NCBI RefSeq assembly: GCF_001194135.2
Contig: NC_068993.1
Location: forward strand, 45,182,466-45,246,465
Direction of reading: 5' to 3'
Source: Octopus bimaculoides
Lineage: Eukaryota
DNA length: 64,000 nucleotides
The position numbers and the translations under genes were made by a program. Of the stretch, positions 51,331-63,101 are shown piece by piece. The notes beneath the pieces were generated by a model, which saw nothing but the letters and a program-made list of their open reading frames with translations, was not told where the DNA came from and did not search any database. The first letter of the stretch is position 1. Each line of letters begins with the position of its first letter.

Positions 51331-51497
51331 ATTAATATCGTCATCGACAATACCATGATCATTGTCACCGTCATGGAAGTCGTCACCCATCTCTTCCTCC
51401 TTTCGTCTTCTTCTTCTTCTTCTTCTTCTTCTTCTTCTTCTTCTTCTTCTTCTTCTTCTCCTTTTTCTTCTTCTTTTTCTCTCTTCTTCCTCCTCCT

Positions 51498-51544
<47 letters not shown>

Positions 51545-51606
51545 TATCATCATCATTATTATTGTTATTATTATTATTGGTATTATTATTATTGTTATTA
51601 TTATTA

Positions 51607-51676
<70 letters not shown>
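51140..51676. repeat. Serial trinucleotide microsatellites (ACT, CAT, GAT, TTC, CAT, ATT)
   Basis: Directly visible; explains ORFs 51139..52668 and 51362..52798. Confidence 0.95.
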
Positions 51677-52964
51677 NNNNNNNNNNNNNNNNNNNNNNNN
51701 NNNNNNNNNNNNNNNNNNNNNNNNNNNNNNNNNNNNNNNNNNNNNNNNNNNNNNNNNNNNNNNNNNNNNNNNNNNNNNNNNNNNNNNNNNNNNNNNNNNN
51801 NNNNNNNNNNNNNNNNNNNNNNNNNNNNNNNNNNNNNNNNNNNNNNNNNNNNNNNNNNNNNNNNNNNNNNNNNNNNNNNNNNNNNNNNNNNNNNNNNNNN
51901 NNNNNNNNNNNNNNNNNNNNNNNNNNNNNNNNNNNNNNNNNNNNNNNNNNNNNNNNNNNNNNNNNNNNNNNNNNNNNNNNNNNNNNNNNNNNNNNNNNNN
52001 NNNNNNNNNNNNNNNNNNNNNNNNNNNNNNNNNNNNNNNNNNNNNNNNNNNNNNNNNNNNNNNNNNNNNNNNNNNNNNNNNNNNNNNNNNNNNNNNNNNN
52101 NNNNNNNNNNNNNNNNNNNNNNNNNNNNNNNNNNNNNNNNNNNNNNNNNNNNNNNNNNNNNNNNNNNNNNNNNNNNNNNNNNNNNNNNNNNNNNNNNNNN
52201 NNNNNNNNNNNNNNNNNNNNNNNNNNNNNNNNNNNNNNNNNNNNNNNNNNNNNNNNNNNNNNNNNNNNNNNNNNNNNNNNNNNNNNNNNNNNNNNNNNNN
52301 NNNNNNNNNNNNNNNNNNNNNNNNNNNNNNNNNNNNNNNNNNNNNNNNNNNNNNNNNNNNNNNNNNNNNNNNNNNNNNNNNNNNNNNNNNNNNNNNNNNN
52401 NNNNNNNNNNNNNNNNNNNNNNNNNNNNNNNNNNNNNNNNNNNNNNNNNNNNNNNNNNNNNNNNNNNNNNNNNNNNNNNNNNNNNNNNNNNNNNNNNNNN
52501 NNNNNNNNNNNNNNNNNNNNNNNNNNNNNNNNNNNNNNNNNNNNNNNNNNNNNNNNNNNNNNNNNNNNNNNNNNNNNNNNNNNNNNNNNNNNNNNNNNNN
52601 NNNNNNNNNNNNNNNNNNNNNNNNNNNNNTATATATATATATATATATTACGCAGCCCTAAGCAATAATATTGAACCAGTCATATTGAACTCTGTAACCC
52701 GTTTTGATGAGCTAAAAATAAGGGCAAAATTTTCTTCAAATAATACCTTCAAAAAAGAAAAAAACAAACAAAAAAAAAAAACAGAAGAACTTATTTGACA
52801 ATGTTATCATGAGATACAGAAAAAGATGAGATGATCAAAGCGGGAACATCTCTGATCACAGGTCTGTTCTATCCGGACTGAGCCGGGGTTCAACAGCAGC
52901 AGCAAGTCATAAATATTTTAGTTATCCAACTCATACGTAAACATATATACATATGCACAGGAGC

Positions 52965-53060
52965 AAAGTGAAATAAAGGGTCTTGCTCAAAAGACCGAGA
53001 GTCGAACTCACTACCTTACGATCGCGAGCCGACTACTCTAAGCACTAAGCCACGTGCGTA
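52965..53060 (-). mobile_element. SINE D-type head fragment
   Basis: Minus strand GTGGCTTAGTGC...GAGTTCGACTC...TTGAGCAAGACCCTTTATTTCAC. Confidence 0.75.
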
Positions 53061-53545
53061 AACGACAAATAGTATTAGGGTGTAGAGAATTCGTAGGAGG
53101 CATACAAGTTTAAACAGGCAAATTCTAAGACAAACAAAAATTGGGCTTTCAAGCAATAATCGATTGTTAGAAATGAAAATGAATTATTTGAATTGTGTTT
53201 CGATGGTATTTGTATTACTTGAAATCAAGCGTGTGAATGTAAGCGGTCTTCATTGATTGTGCCAGTAGAAAAGTTAAGTTGAGTATGACAACGCTGCAAT
53301 CAATTAATTTCTAAGAACCAGGAGACGAGGAAGATGCTTCAAGAAGCGGCTGCATATAGTATGAGCTCTGTTTCTAATTATTTTATCAATTTGTACGCAC
53401 ATATTTGTAAAATGACAGAAGAGCCATCTCAGTAGCTTCAGTGTTTGATTTCGTGACGAACATCGGAGGGTACCGTCATAGAAATGGAAACATCCTAAAC
53501 ATTATGAAGAAACTTTGGGAACACTCGACAGTTAAGAAACACTGA

Positions 53546-53686
<141 letters not shown>

Positions 53687-54560
53687 GACTGNNNNNNNNN
53701 NNNNNNNNNNNNNNNNNNNNNNNNNNNNNNNNNNNNNNNNNNNNNNNNNNNNNNNNNNNNNNNNNNNNNNNNNNNNNNNNNNNNNNNNNNNNNNNNNNNN
53801 NNNNNNNNNNNNNNNNNNNNNNNNNNNNNNNNNNNNNNNNNNNNNNNNNNNNNNNNNNNNNNNNNNNNNNNNNNNNNNNNNNNNNNNNNNNNNNNNNNNN
53901 NNNNNNNNNNNNNNNNNNNNNNNNNNNNNNNNNNNNNNNNNNNNNNNNNNNNNNNNNNNNNNNNNNNNNNNNNNNNNNNNNNNNNNNNNNNNNNNNNNNN
54001 NNNNNNNNNNNNNNNNNNNNNNNNNNNNNNNNNNNNNNNNNNNNNNNNNNNNNNNNNNNNNNNNNNNNNNNNNNNNNNNNNNNNNNNNNNNNNNNNNNNN
54101 NNNNNNNNNNNNNNNNNNNNNNNNNNNNNNNNNNNNNNNNNNNNNNNNNNNNNNNNNNNNNNNNNNNNNNNNNNNNNNNNNNNNNNNNNNNNNNNNNNNN
54201 NNNNNNNNNNNNNNNNNNNNNNNNNNNNNNNNNNNNNNNNNNNNNNNNNNNNNNNNNNNNNNNNNNNNNNNNNNNNNNNNNNNNNNNNNNNNNNNNNNNN
54301 NNNNNNNNNNNNNNNNNNNNNNNNNNNNNNNNNNNNNNNNNNNNNNNNNNNNNNNNNNNNNNNNNNNNNNNNNNNNNNNNNNNNNNNNNNNNNNNNNNNN
54401 NNNNNNNNNNNNNNNNNNNNNNNNNNNNNNNNNNNNNNNNNNNNNNNNNNNNNNNNNNNNNNNNNNNNNNNNNNNNNNNNNNNNNNNNNNNNNNNNNNNN
54501 NNNNNNNNNNNNNNNNNNNNNNNNNNNNNNNNNNNNNNNNNNNNNNNNNNNNNNNNNNNN

Positions 54561-54637
<77 letters not shown>

Positions 54638-55226
54638 GAGTGCGTACACATACTTATGTACATAGACACATAGACATACTCACACCCACAATATACATAC
54701 AAGCGTGTGCCGCTGAGTGTATGTATGCACGCATATATAATAAAAATTAATTACAAATCTTGTCAAGTGTCCTTCACACCAGTTATGTAAATATTGAAAC
54801 TCGTTTTACAGGCGGTGCTAAGGTCAACGATAAGACAATAGAAGTGTTAATTCTCTTGATAGTGGTGGTCGTATTGGTCCGCCAGTCGTTGTTGCTGCTG
54901 TTGTGGTTGCTTTTGTTGATGACTGAGTAACGTTGTGTTTCGCCTAATAAACACACTGCTACTTCCAAGATGCTAGAACGTCTGGCTAACTGCATTCTGA
55001 GTTGTTTAACTAAGGAAAAAGCTGAGGGTAAGAAAGTCTAGCAATACTGCCTTACGAGAACGAAAACAAACAAATGTATTGATTTGATATTTAGCTATAG
55101 CAAGTGTTAATAAGACACCGAGAAAATAGCTCTGTTAAGATATTTGCCCGTCCGACTGGCACAAGTTCAGACTGTCAAGCATATGCCAATAAAGTAAACA
55201 CAGACAGTAATTACATATTTTGCTCC

Positions 55227-55260
<34 letters not shown>

Positions 55261-55277
55261 GTTATTAATGTTATTAA

Positions 55278-55420
55278 TGCGGTGAGCTGGCAGAATCGTT
55301 AGCACGCTGTGCGAAATGCTTCGCGGTATTTCGTCTGCCGCTCCGTTCTGAGTTCAAATTCCGCCGAGGTCGACTTTAACTCGCAGGGGTCAATGAAATG
55401 AGTACCAGTTGAACATTGGT
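55278..55420 (+). mobile_element. SINE B, 3' truncated, following (ATT)n
   Basis: GCGGTGAGCTGGCAGAATCGTTAGCACG...GAGTTCAAATTCCGCCGAGGTCGACTTT. Confidence 0.92.
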
Positions 55421-55545
55421 ACACTTTCTGCAAACACTCAGACATACACACACACTCACACTCACACACACGTGTGTAAGTCCACCTAGCAGAAATATAA
55501 ACATGGGAAATTTAAATATTTCTCTGGAGATTAGACGAACAGCCT

Positions 55546-55585
55546 TCATCAATTTTCGAACCTTATTGTGTTCTCATCAGAAGTG
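55546..55585 (-). ncRNA. Hammerhead-like core with intact stem II but no valid cleavage triplet
   Basis: Minus strand CTGATGA-GAAC(ACAATAAG)GTTC-GAA-AATT-G. Confidence 0.4.
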
Positions 55586-56324
55586 TCTACCTCATTTGAC
55601 CAATCCCAGACAAACAAGCAACTAATGCTTATATGTTCAACAAATCCAGTAGCTAAAGTGAACTGGAGCCACTAATCTGCATACTGTAAGCGTTTAGCGT
55701 TTAGTACATTATTTAATACCAGCAGCCTATATATANNNNNNNNNNNNNNNNNNNNNNNNNNNNNNNNNNNNNNNNNNNNNNNNNNNNNNNNNNNNNNNNN
55801 NNNNNNNNNNNNNNNNNNNNNNNNNNNNNNNNNNNNNNNNNNNNNNNNNNNNNNNNNNNNNNNNNNNNNNNNNNNNNNNNNNNNNNNNNNNNNNNNNNNN
55901 NNNNNNNNNNNNNNNNNNNNNNNNNNNNNNNNNNNNNNNNNNNNNNNNNNNNNNNNNNNNNNNNNNNNNNNNNNNNNNNNNNNNNNNNNNNNNNNNNNNN
56001 NNNNNNNNNNNNNNNNNNNNNNNNNNNNNNNNNNNNNNNNNNNNNNNNNNNNNNNNNNNNNNNNNNNNNNNNNNNNNNNNNNNNNNNNNNNNNNNNNNNN
56101 NNNNNNNNNNNNNNNNNNNNNNNNNNNNNNNNNNNNNNNNNNNNNNNNNNNNNNNNNNNNNNNNNNNNTATATATATATATATATATATCTAATATACAC
56201 GCATACCATCACATATGTGAAACGTGTCTTGACACATGCTATCGCTTGTGTTAAGAATACCTATGTTGTTGGCAATGGTGATGGGTAAACATTTAGACGA
56301 GTAAAGTGTGATACAAGCATTGTC

Positions 56325-56438
56325 TTTCATCATTTTGAAGTCGATAAACTAAAGTACCTGTCAGGTGTTAGAGTCGATGTAATCGAATATTTTCCTCCCT
56401 CTAAAAAGTGGTGGTCTTGGTCTCAAAATTTGAAACAA
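56325..56438 (+). mobile_element. SINE B 3' half ending in (ATT)n
   Basis: TTTCATCATTTTGAAGTCGATAAA...CAAAATTTGAAACAATTATTATT. Confidence 0.75.
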
Positions 56439-56453
56439 TTATTATTATTATTA

Positions 56454-56531
<78 letters not shown>

Positions 56532-56534
<3 letters not shown>

Positions 56535-57330
56535 GCGTTGCACAGTGTACAGTATCGTGAGGTTGTTGATTGAAGATAATGTGTCTACCAGGGGTTTGTA
56601 CTGTTTGTCAAGGACCTCAGACGGACAATACTTTACGCAATATGCCGACTTTTGCAATACATCTAGATTGTAGGCTATTTCTAAGGTTTTCAGATTGGGT
56701 GGTATTGAACCCAATGCTCCGATGACAATAGGGATAACCTTTATATTTGACTCTCGTAGCTACCACATCTTAGCGATCTCAGTTCTTAGGCTTCCATATT
56801 GATGATATGTGAATCTCCTGACACTGCCACGTCGATTATTAGGCACTCTTGTTTGTCCCTCCTAAAAGTTACTACATCCGGCCTTCGGTGCTCTAACATC
56901 TTGTCTGTCTAGAATTTAAAGTCCCAGAGGATTTTTGCCTTCCCTTTTCTGTCCATTACTTTTTCCGGTGTATGTTGGTACCAAGCACCCGTGACCTCAT
57001 ATCCATACTTACAGCATAGCAGCCAGTGGAGGTTTTGGGCTAACTTGTCGTGTTTACGTTTGTACTCTTTCTGCGCCAGACTTACACAAGCTCTAACAAT
57101 GTGAGTCATGCTTTCGACCCTCTTCCCTCACATTCTGCAGAGGTCCGTTGCACTTGTGTGGTATATATATCCCTTTTTCACTGAATTGGTATTCAATGCC
57201 TGGTCCTGGGCAGCGATGATCAGGCTTTCAGTATTCTTTTTTCGGTCACCCTTGTTGAGCCACATCCATGAAATCTATTATGAGGATGTTACTAGCCTTT
57301 TTCTGGGAAGAAGTTTGTTTTCTAGTGTGT
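56532..57330 (-). mobile_element. R4/Dong-like LINE C-terminus, same family as 28640-29400
   Basis: IIAAQDQAL, CRM...HIVRACVSLAQKEYKRKHD, WYQHTPEKVMDRKGKAKILWDF, HRRPD, IPIVIGALGSIPPNLK. The tail is the (ATT)n at 56438-56531, i.e. (AAT)n on the element sense strand. Confidence 0.92.
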
Positions 57331-57544
57331 AAGCGCTTTCGATTAACCTTTTCAAACACATGTGCTCTTAAATATATATATTATGTCTGTGTATATATGT
57401 ACGTATGTCTGTATGTATAGGGTGGTCACGGCAAAGGAAACGACAGTATTCTAAGTAGTTAGAAGGCCGATGTCTAATCCAAATATTTCAGGTCGATATC
57501 CGCAGGGAAACGTGAACAAGTCTGGTTCGTATGTTTGCAAAATA

Positions 57545-57705
57545 GTACATTTTCCACAGTTTCTGTATACCAAATTCAGCCATAAGGCATTGGTCGCTCT
57601 GGGGTTACAGGAGGAGGCACCTGATCAAGCTGCTACTTAGCGCGACTGAACCCGAGATCACGTGGTTGCAAAGCATGCTTCTTCATCATACACCCATAAC
57701 TTTGA
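57545..57705 (-). mobile_element. Old SINE A head
   Basis: TTTCTGTATACCAAATTCAGCCATAAGGCATTGGTCG...GACTGAACCCGAGATCACGTGGTTGCAAAGCA. Confidence 0.7.
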
Positions 57706-58341
57706 AATAGAGTAAAGAATGATGGAATGGTTAAAACTGGAGCTGTTGTGATTAAACAACTACAACGACGACGACGACGACGACAGCAACAACAACAACA
57801 ACAACAACAAGTTTATAACACTGGCTCAGTTAACTACAGTGACCTATACGGGCTTGTAAGGGTGTACATGTCGCTTGGTAGGACGTTTAAACTACGAAAT
57901 GTGGCCCTAAGATTGTCTCATTTCTTTCTCTGATTCTGCTATCACGGACTCAGTGGGAAAAAGCAACGATACTAGACTTTGTATGATATTAGTAACGCTC
58001 TTCTAATTAATACATGCCATTAATACGTTTTCCTATTGATTACAATTGTTTTTGCATCTGAGTTTAATTGTTTGAGTAAGAAAGAGATAAATTGATTTAT
58101 CGACACTTATGTGTCATTGGTGCATCTTAATATGCATTCTCTCTTGTGCGCCTGTGTGTGTGTGTGTGTGTGTCTTGAGTGTATGTGTGTATGTGTGCGT
58201 GTATTGTGAGTGTGTGTGTTGTGTATGTGTGTGTGTGTTGTGTGTGTGTGCTGTGTGTGTGTGTGTGTGTGTGTGGCCATAGAATTTCACAGCCGATACA
58301 AAATATCTATATTGAGGTACAATTTACCCACCGAACATGCA

Positions 58342-58420
<79 letters not shown>

Positions 58421-58469
58421 TTACACACACACACACATACACATATATATACACACGCAAACACATACG

Positions 58470-58780
58470 TAGTGTTTAATGCCACATTAACGTGGATGTT
58501 CTCTAAGAGATGACGATAATGCTGTTTTAACTCCAGGAGGACATCCTCAGCTGGTTTATTCACTGCGCTTTCGCATTCGATATATAGTGCAAGCGAGAAA
58601 TAACTCCTGCCACCCTAGCTCCAAAACCACCTGGCCACATGATTTCGATCTTTTATATATATATATCAAGCATTTGAAACATGGAGAATCGAACGCTCCA
58701 CATATTGAAACGTGAACTTCGTAAACAGGACTTGACTTCAATATCCTGCACATTTTTCTGCCTGAAAACGTTTGTAACGT
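58470..58780 (-). mobile_element. Possible highly decayed hAT C-terminal remnant
   Basis: Minus frame WFWS*GGRSYFSLALYIECESAV loosely matches FW....YP.LA....TY.CES. Confidence 0.3.
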
Positions 58781-59083
58781 CTGTAGTCGGGTCTGTTTGC
58801 TAGTCATATGAGATCTCAAGATAACTTTTTCTAATTGAAGACACGGCTTTTTATTGTAAAGAAGTGGCGAAGACATGAGAAAACCTTTCGCTGTGGAGAT
58901 ATTCCCGGAAGAAAATTCTCCTCCTAGTTACCTGTAATAACACATATTTTGTGAATGATGTCATCGAATCACAGTTTTCTGCGAGCTCTTGAGTTGACAG
59001 CTACGAACATCAATTCTGTTATACGTAACACGTTTATTGATACAGTTCTATATTTAACAGATGAGGAATTATGTACATTATTT

Positions 59084-59279
59084 ACATTATTTACATTTTG
59101 ACGGATTTTGTCTCATCTTGTTTATTGTTAACACAACGTTTCGGCTGATATACCCTCCGGCCTTCATCAGGTGTCTTGGGGGAAGTTTCGAACCTGGTTT
59201 CTCATTCCTAAGGTATTTTTGGATGTTATTATTATTACAAACAAGATGAGGACAAAATCTGTCAAAATGTAAATAATGT
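59084..59279. mobile_element. Small Penelope-like non-autonomous element with 41-bp terminal inverted repeats
   Basis: 59084-59123 and 59239-59279 are reverse complements (1 mismatch, 1 indel) enclosing a hammerhead motif. Confidence 0.75.
59130..59175 (-). ncRNA. Minimal type I hammerhead ribozyme
   Basis: Minus strand GACAC-CTGATGA-A-GGCCGGAGGGTATATCAGCC-GAA-ACGT-T-GTGTT: complete core, 5-bp stem I, stem II GGC/GCC extendable past a C-A mismatch, palindromic ACGU in place of stem III, GUU triplet. Confidence 0.8.
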
Positions 59280-59523
59280 TCGTTTACTGATGTTACTTCT
59301 CTATAATAAGTTCTTTACATAGTAACTGTTCGGTGCCTGAGAATGCTATTTTCTGAATGTTAGGCAATTTTTTTAAACCCTAGGAATTTAGTTATATGTA
59401 TGTCCGCTAGACAGTTTTTTTCTTATCACTTCTAAAGCAACTATTATCATAGAGATTGCTTCTGCTTTCATGCTAACATTCTAGTTACTTCACTTTCCAC
59501 ATATTAATATTTCAATAATTCTT

Positions 59524-59738
59524 AAAGCGGCGTGCTGGCACAATCGTTAGAACGTCGGACAAAATGCTTAGCGGGCATTTCGTCCATCTTTGCGTTCTGT
59601 GTTCAAATTCCGCCGATGTAAAATTTGCCTTTCGTCGTTTCGGAGTCGATAGGATAAGTACCAGTTGAGCACTGGAGTTGATGTAATCAACTTATCTCCT
59701 TCCCCAGAATTGCTGGCCTTGTGACAAAATTTGAAATC
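59524..59738 (+). mobile_element. Full-length SINE B with a perfect 18-bp TSD
   Basis: AATATTTCAATAATTCTT at 59506-59523 and 59739-59756. Confidence 0.95.
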
Positions 59739-59774
59739 AATATTTCAATAATTCTTCCATTCTTCCATGATAAT

Positions 59775-59875
59775 ATGATCGGGGTCGGTAAAATAAGTAC
59801 CAGTCAGGCTCTGGGATCGATGTAACTGACTCGACTCCTCCCTTCAAAATTGTTGGCTTTGTGCCAAAATTAAAG
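59775..59875 (+). mobile_element. SINE B 3' half
   Basis: CGGGGTCGGTAAAATAAGTACCAG...GGCTTTGTGCCAAAATT. Confidence 0.8.
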
Positions 59876-60096
59876 AGAATCATCACCACCACCACCACCA
59901 CCACCACCACCNNNNNNNNNNNNNNNNNNNNNNNNNNNNNNNNNNNNNNNNNNNNNNNNNNNNNNNNNNNNNNNNNNNNNNNNNNNNNNNNNNNNNNNNN
60001 NNNNNNNNNNNNNNNNNNNNNNNNNNNNNNNNNNNNNNNNNNNNNNNNAATAATAATAATAACAACAACAACAACAACAACAATAATAATAATAAC

Positions 60097-60127
<31 letters not shown>

Positions 60128-60522
60128 TCATTATTTTTGACGAACAATATCTTTTCCAGTTTTGCTTTCGTCGTCGTCGTCGTCGTCGTCTTGGCCATTT
60201 TCTTTTGTCTGTCAATCATCTTTTTCTATGCAATGTCCCTAGATATATTACCATTCTTGATAACTTCTTCAGAAATTCCTGTTATGTTTATTAAAAAAAA
60301 AAGACGAAAGACAGCAATACATCTGGGGGTGTCTGCTATGTGGGCTGTGTACGGCTCAGTTATGTTCTGTAGACTGTACGGTGTGTAACGGTTGTGTATG
60401 GATTGTAGTGTGTTGAACGAAGTGAAGAGATTGTGGAGAGTGTGCTGTGGTGAATAGTATGAGTTGATTAAGTTTATTTTTATTTCGATGACTGAGAGTG
60501 TATAAGAGAATGAAGGACAAAT

Positions 60523-60590
<68 letters not shown>

Positions 60591-60689
60591 AAGAGAAAGA
60601 GATAGTAATGTGAATTGAAAAGGATACCGAAATGCATAAAAATGGAATTATCTCCCTTGTAAATACACTTAGGGAAGTTTATTAATAAC

Positions 60690-60855
60690 TGTAGGCTTGG
60701 CTATGTGGTTGAGAAGCTCGCTTCGCCTCCATGTGTTCCGTTCGGGTTCAGTCCTGTTCCACAGCACCGTGGGCAAGTGTCTTCTACTATAGCATTGGGT
60801 CGACCAATGTCTTGTGAGTGACTTTGGTAGACGGAAACATCGTGGAAGCACGTCG
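60690..60855 (+). mobile_element. SINE A head (its 3' half lies at about 61410-61630)
   Basis: GGCTATGTGGTTGAGAAGCTCGC...GGGTTCAGTCC...CACCGTGGGCAAGTGTCTTCTACTATAGC. Confidence 0.85.
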
Positions 60856-61223
60856 TTCCTGAGGAACATTGCTCATAATTATTAAATACAAACCTTCATG
60901 TTGTTACAATTTTCATATATCAGTAGAGTAACCTTTTCATATCTTTTGTCGTTCACTTGTCTTAGTCATTGGACTGTAGTCATGCTGGGGCACCATCTTG
61001 AAGGGTTTAGAGGATTGAATCGGCCCCAATATATATTTATAAGTATGGTACATATCATATCGAACCTCTTTGCCGGACCGCTAAGTTACGGAGATGTGAT
61101 CAAACCAACACCGGTTGTCAAATGGTAGTGGAGCACAATCATCAGCACGTATACACACACACACACATGTCTCTCTCTGTCTGTCTGTCTCTGTCTCTGT
61201 CTGTCTGTCTCTGTCTCTGTCAC

Positions 61224-61315
<92 letters not shown>

Positions 61316-61710
61316 ACATCATCAGGTAATGACATTATAGCGTTTTTTACAAAGCTCCCCCACGAGTATAGGCTACCATATACTATTACGCATGTGTGTG
61401 TGTGTGTGTGTGTATACATGCTGATGATTGTGCTCCACCACCACTTGACAACCGGTGCTGGTTTGATCACATCTCCGTAACTTAGCGGTCCGGCAAAGAG
61501 GATCGATATGATATGTACCATACTTATAAATATATATTAGGGCCGATTCAATCTTCTAAACCCTTGAAGATGGTGCCCCAGTATGACTACAGTCCAATGA
61601 CTAAGACAAGTGAATGATAAAAGATATGAAAATATTGCTCTACTGATATATCAAAATTGTAACTATATGAAGGTTTGCATTTAATAATTATGAGCAATGT
61701 TCCTCAGGAA
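60856..61710. repeat. Long inverted duplication: arms 60856-61169 and 61391-61710, microsatellite-rich spacer
   Basis: The arms are reverse complements at roughly 90% identity by eye, including non-SINE flank sequence. Confidence 0.95.
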
Positions 61711-62001
61711 TTTGCCAGTATCTGTAGTATTCAGCCTTGATTTGTATCGATCTGCTTTTGATCATAACGCCAAAATTTAAGATTGCATTCGGCTCTGCTT
61801 CCATTATCAAATACGTGCAGAAATACATTATCCGTTAATTACTTTACCCCATATTTCGTTAATATTTCACAAGCTATCGTACACGTGAGCGAAGCCCGTA
61901 TATATGTGTTAATGTATACGTACATACATATATGCATACATATACATGGTCTAACCATCACAGAACAGTTTATATATATATCCCATTCTCTTTATAAATA
62001 T

Positions 62002-62006
62002 CATCG

Positions 62007-62052
<46 letters not shown>

Positions 62053-62215
62053 TTAACGTCATTTCTCTACGCTGGCATGGGTTGGATGGTTTGACTGAGA
62101 ACTAGTAAGCCGGAGAGCTGCGCCAAGTTCCAGTCTAATTTGGTATGGTTTCTACGTCTGTATGCCCTTCCTAACGCCAAACACTCCAAGAGTGTAGTGG
62201 GTGCTTCTTACATGC
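62002..62215 (-). mobile_element. Retroposon 3' end with an (ATG)n tail
   Basis: (CAT)n followed by TTTAACGTC...GCTGGCATGGGTTGGATGGTTTGAC...ATGCCCTTCCTAACGCCAA; recalled as an abundant octopus repeat, single copy here. Confidence 0.6.
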
Positions 62216-63060
62216 CATATACACATACATACATACATACATATATATATATATATANNNNNNNNNNNNNNNNNNNNNNNNNNNNNNNNNNNNNNNNNNN
62301 NNNNNNNNNNNNNNNNNNNNNNNNNNNNNNNNNNNNNNNNNNNNNNNNNNNNNNNNNNNNNNNNNNNNNNNNNNNNNNNNNNNNNNNNNNNNNNNNNNNN
62401 NNNNNNNNNNNNNNNNNNNNNNNNNNNNNNNNNNNNNNNNNNNNNNNNNNNNNNNNNNNNNNNNNNNNNNNNNNNNNNNNNNNNNNNNNNNNNNNNNNNN
62501 NNNNNNNNNNNNNNNNNNNNNNNNNNNNNNNNNNNNNNNNNNNNNNNNNNNNNNNNNNNNNNNNNNNNNNNNNNNNNNNNNNNNNNNNNNNNNNNNNNNN
62601 NNNNNNNNNNNNNNNNNNNNNNNNNNNNNNNNNNNNNNNNNNNNNNNNNNNNNNNNNNNNNNNNNNNNNNNNNNNNNNNNNNNNNNNNNNNNNNNNNNNN
62701 NNNNNNNNNNNNNNNNNNNNNNNNNNNNNNNNNNNNNNNNNNNNNNNNNNNNNNNNNNNNNNNNNNNNNNNNNNNNNNNNNNNNNNNNNNNNNNNNNNNN
62801 NNNNNNNNNNNNNNNNNNNNNNNNNNNNNNNNNNNNNNNNNNNNNNNNNNNNNNNNNNNNNNNNNNNNNNNNNNNNNNNNNNNNNNNNNNNNNNNNNNNN
62901 NNNNNNNATATATATATATATATATATGTGTATGTATGTATGTATGTATGTATGTATACACATCAGTACAAATGCATGTATGTACGTATGTAAATTTTTT
63001 CTGCCGAAAATATATTTTTTTAAGTCATCGTGAGATCAGCTAGCTTCATGTCTAATATAT

Positions 63061-63101
63061 TTTCCCTGAAGAGGTGTAATACAACTGAAACATGTCGAGA
63101 G
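63061..63101 (+). ncRNA. Minimal hammerhead ribozyme motif with a GUC triplet, partly decayed
   Basis: TTTCC-CTGAAGA-GGTGTAATACAACT-GAA-ACATGT-C-GAGAG: intact core, 6-nt palindrome ACAUGU, stem I with one A-C mismatch, bulged stem II. Confidence 0.6.

Noticed and set aside
51139-52798. Longest ORFs (509 and 478 aa)
   Set aside because: They are translations of trinucleotide microsatellites and N gaps.
58490-58880. Short open frames on both strands as possible host exons
   Set aside because: No recognisable protein or consistent splice pair; a decayed hAT remnant explains the region at least as well.
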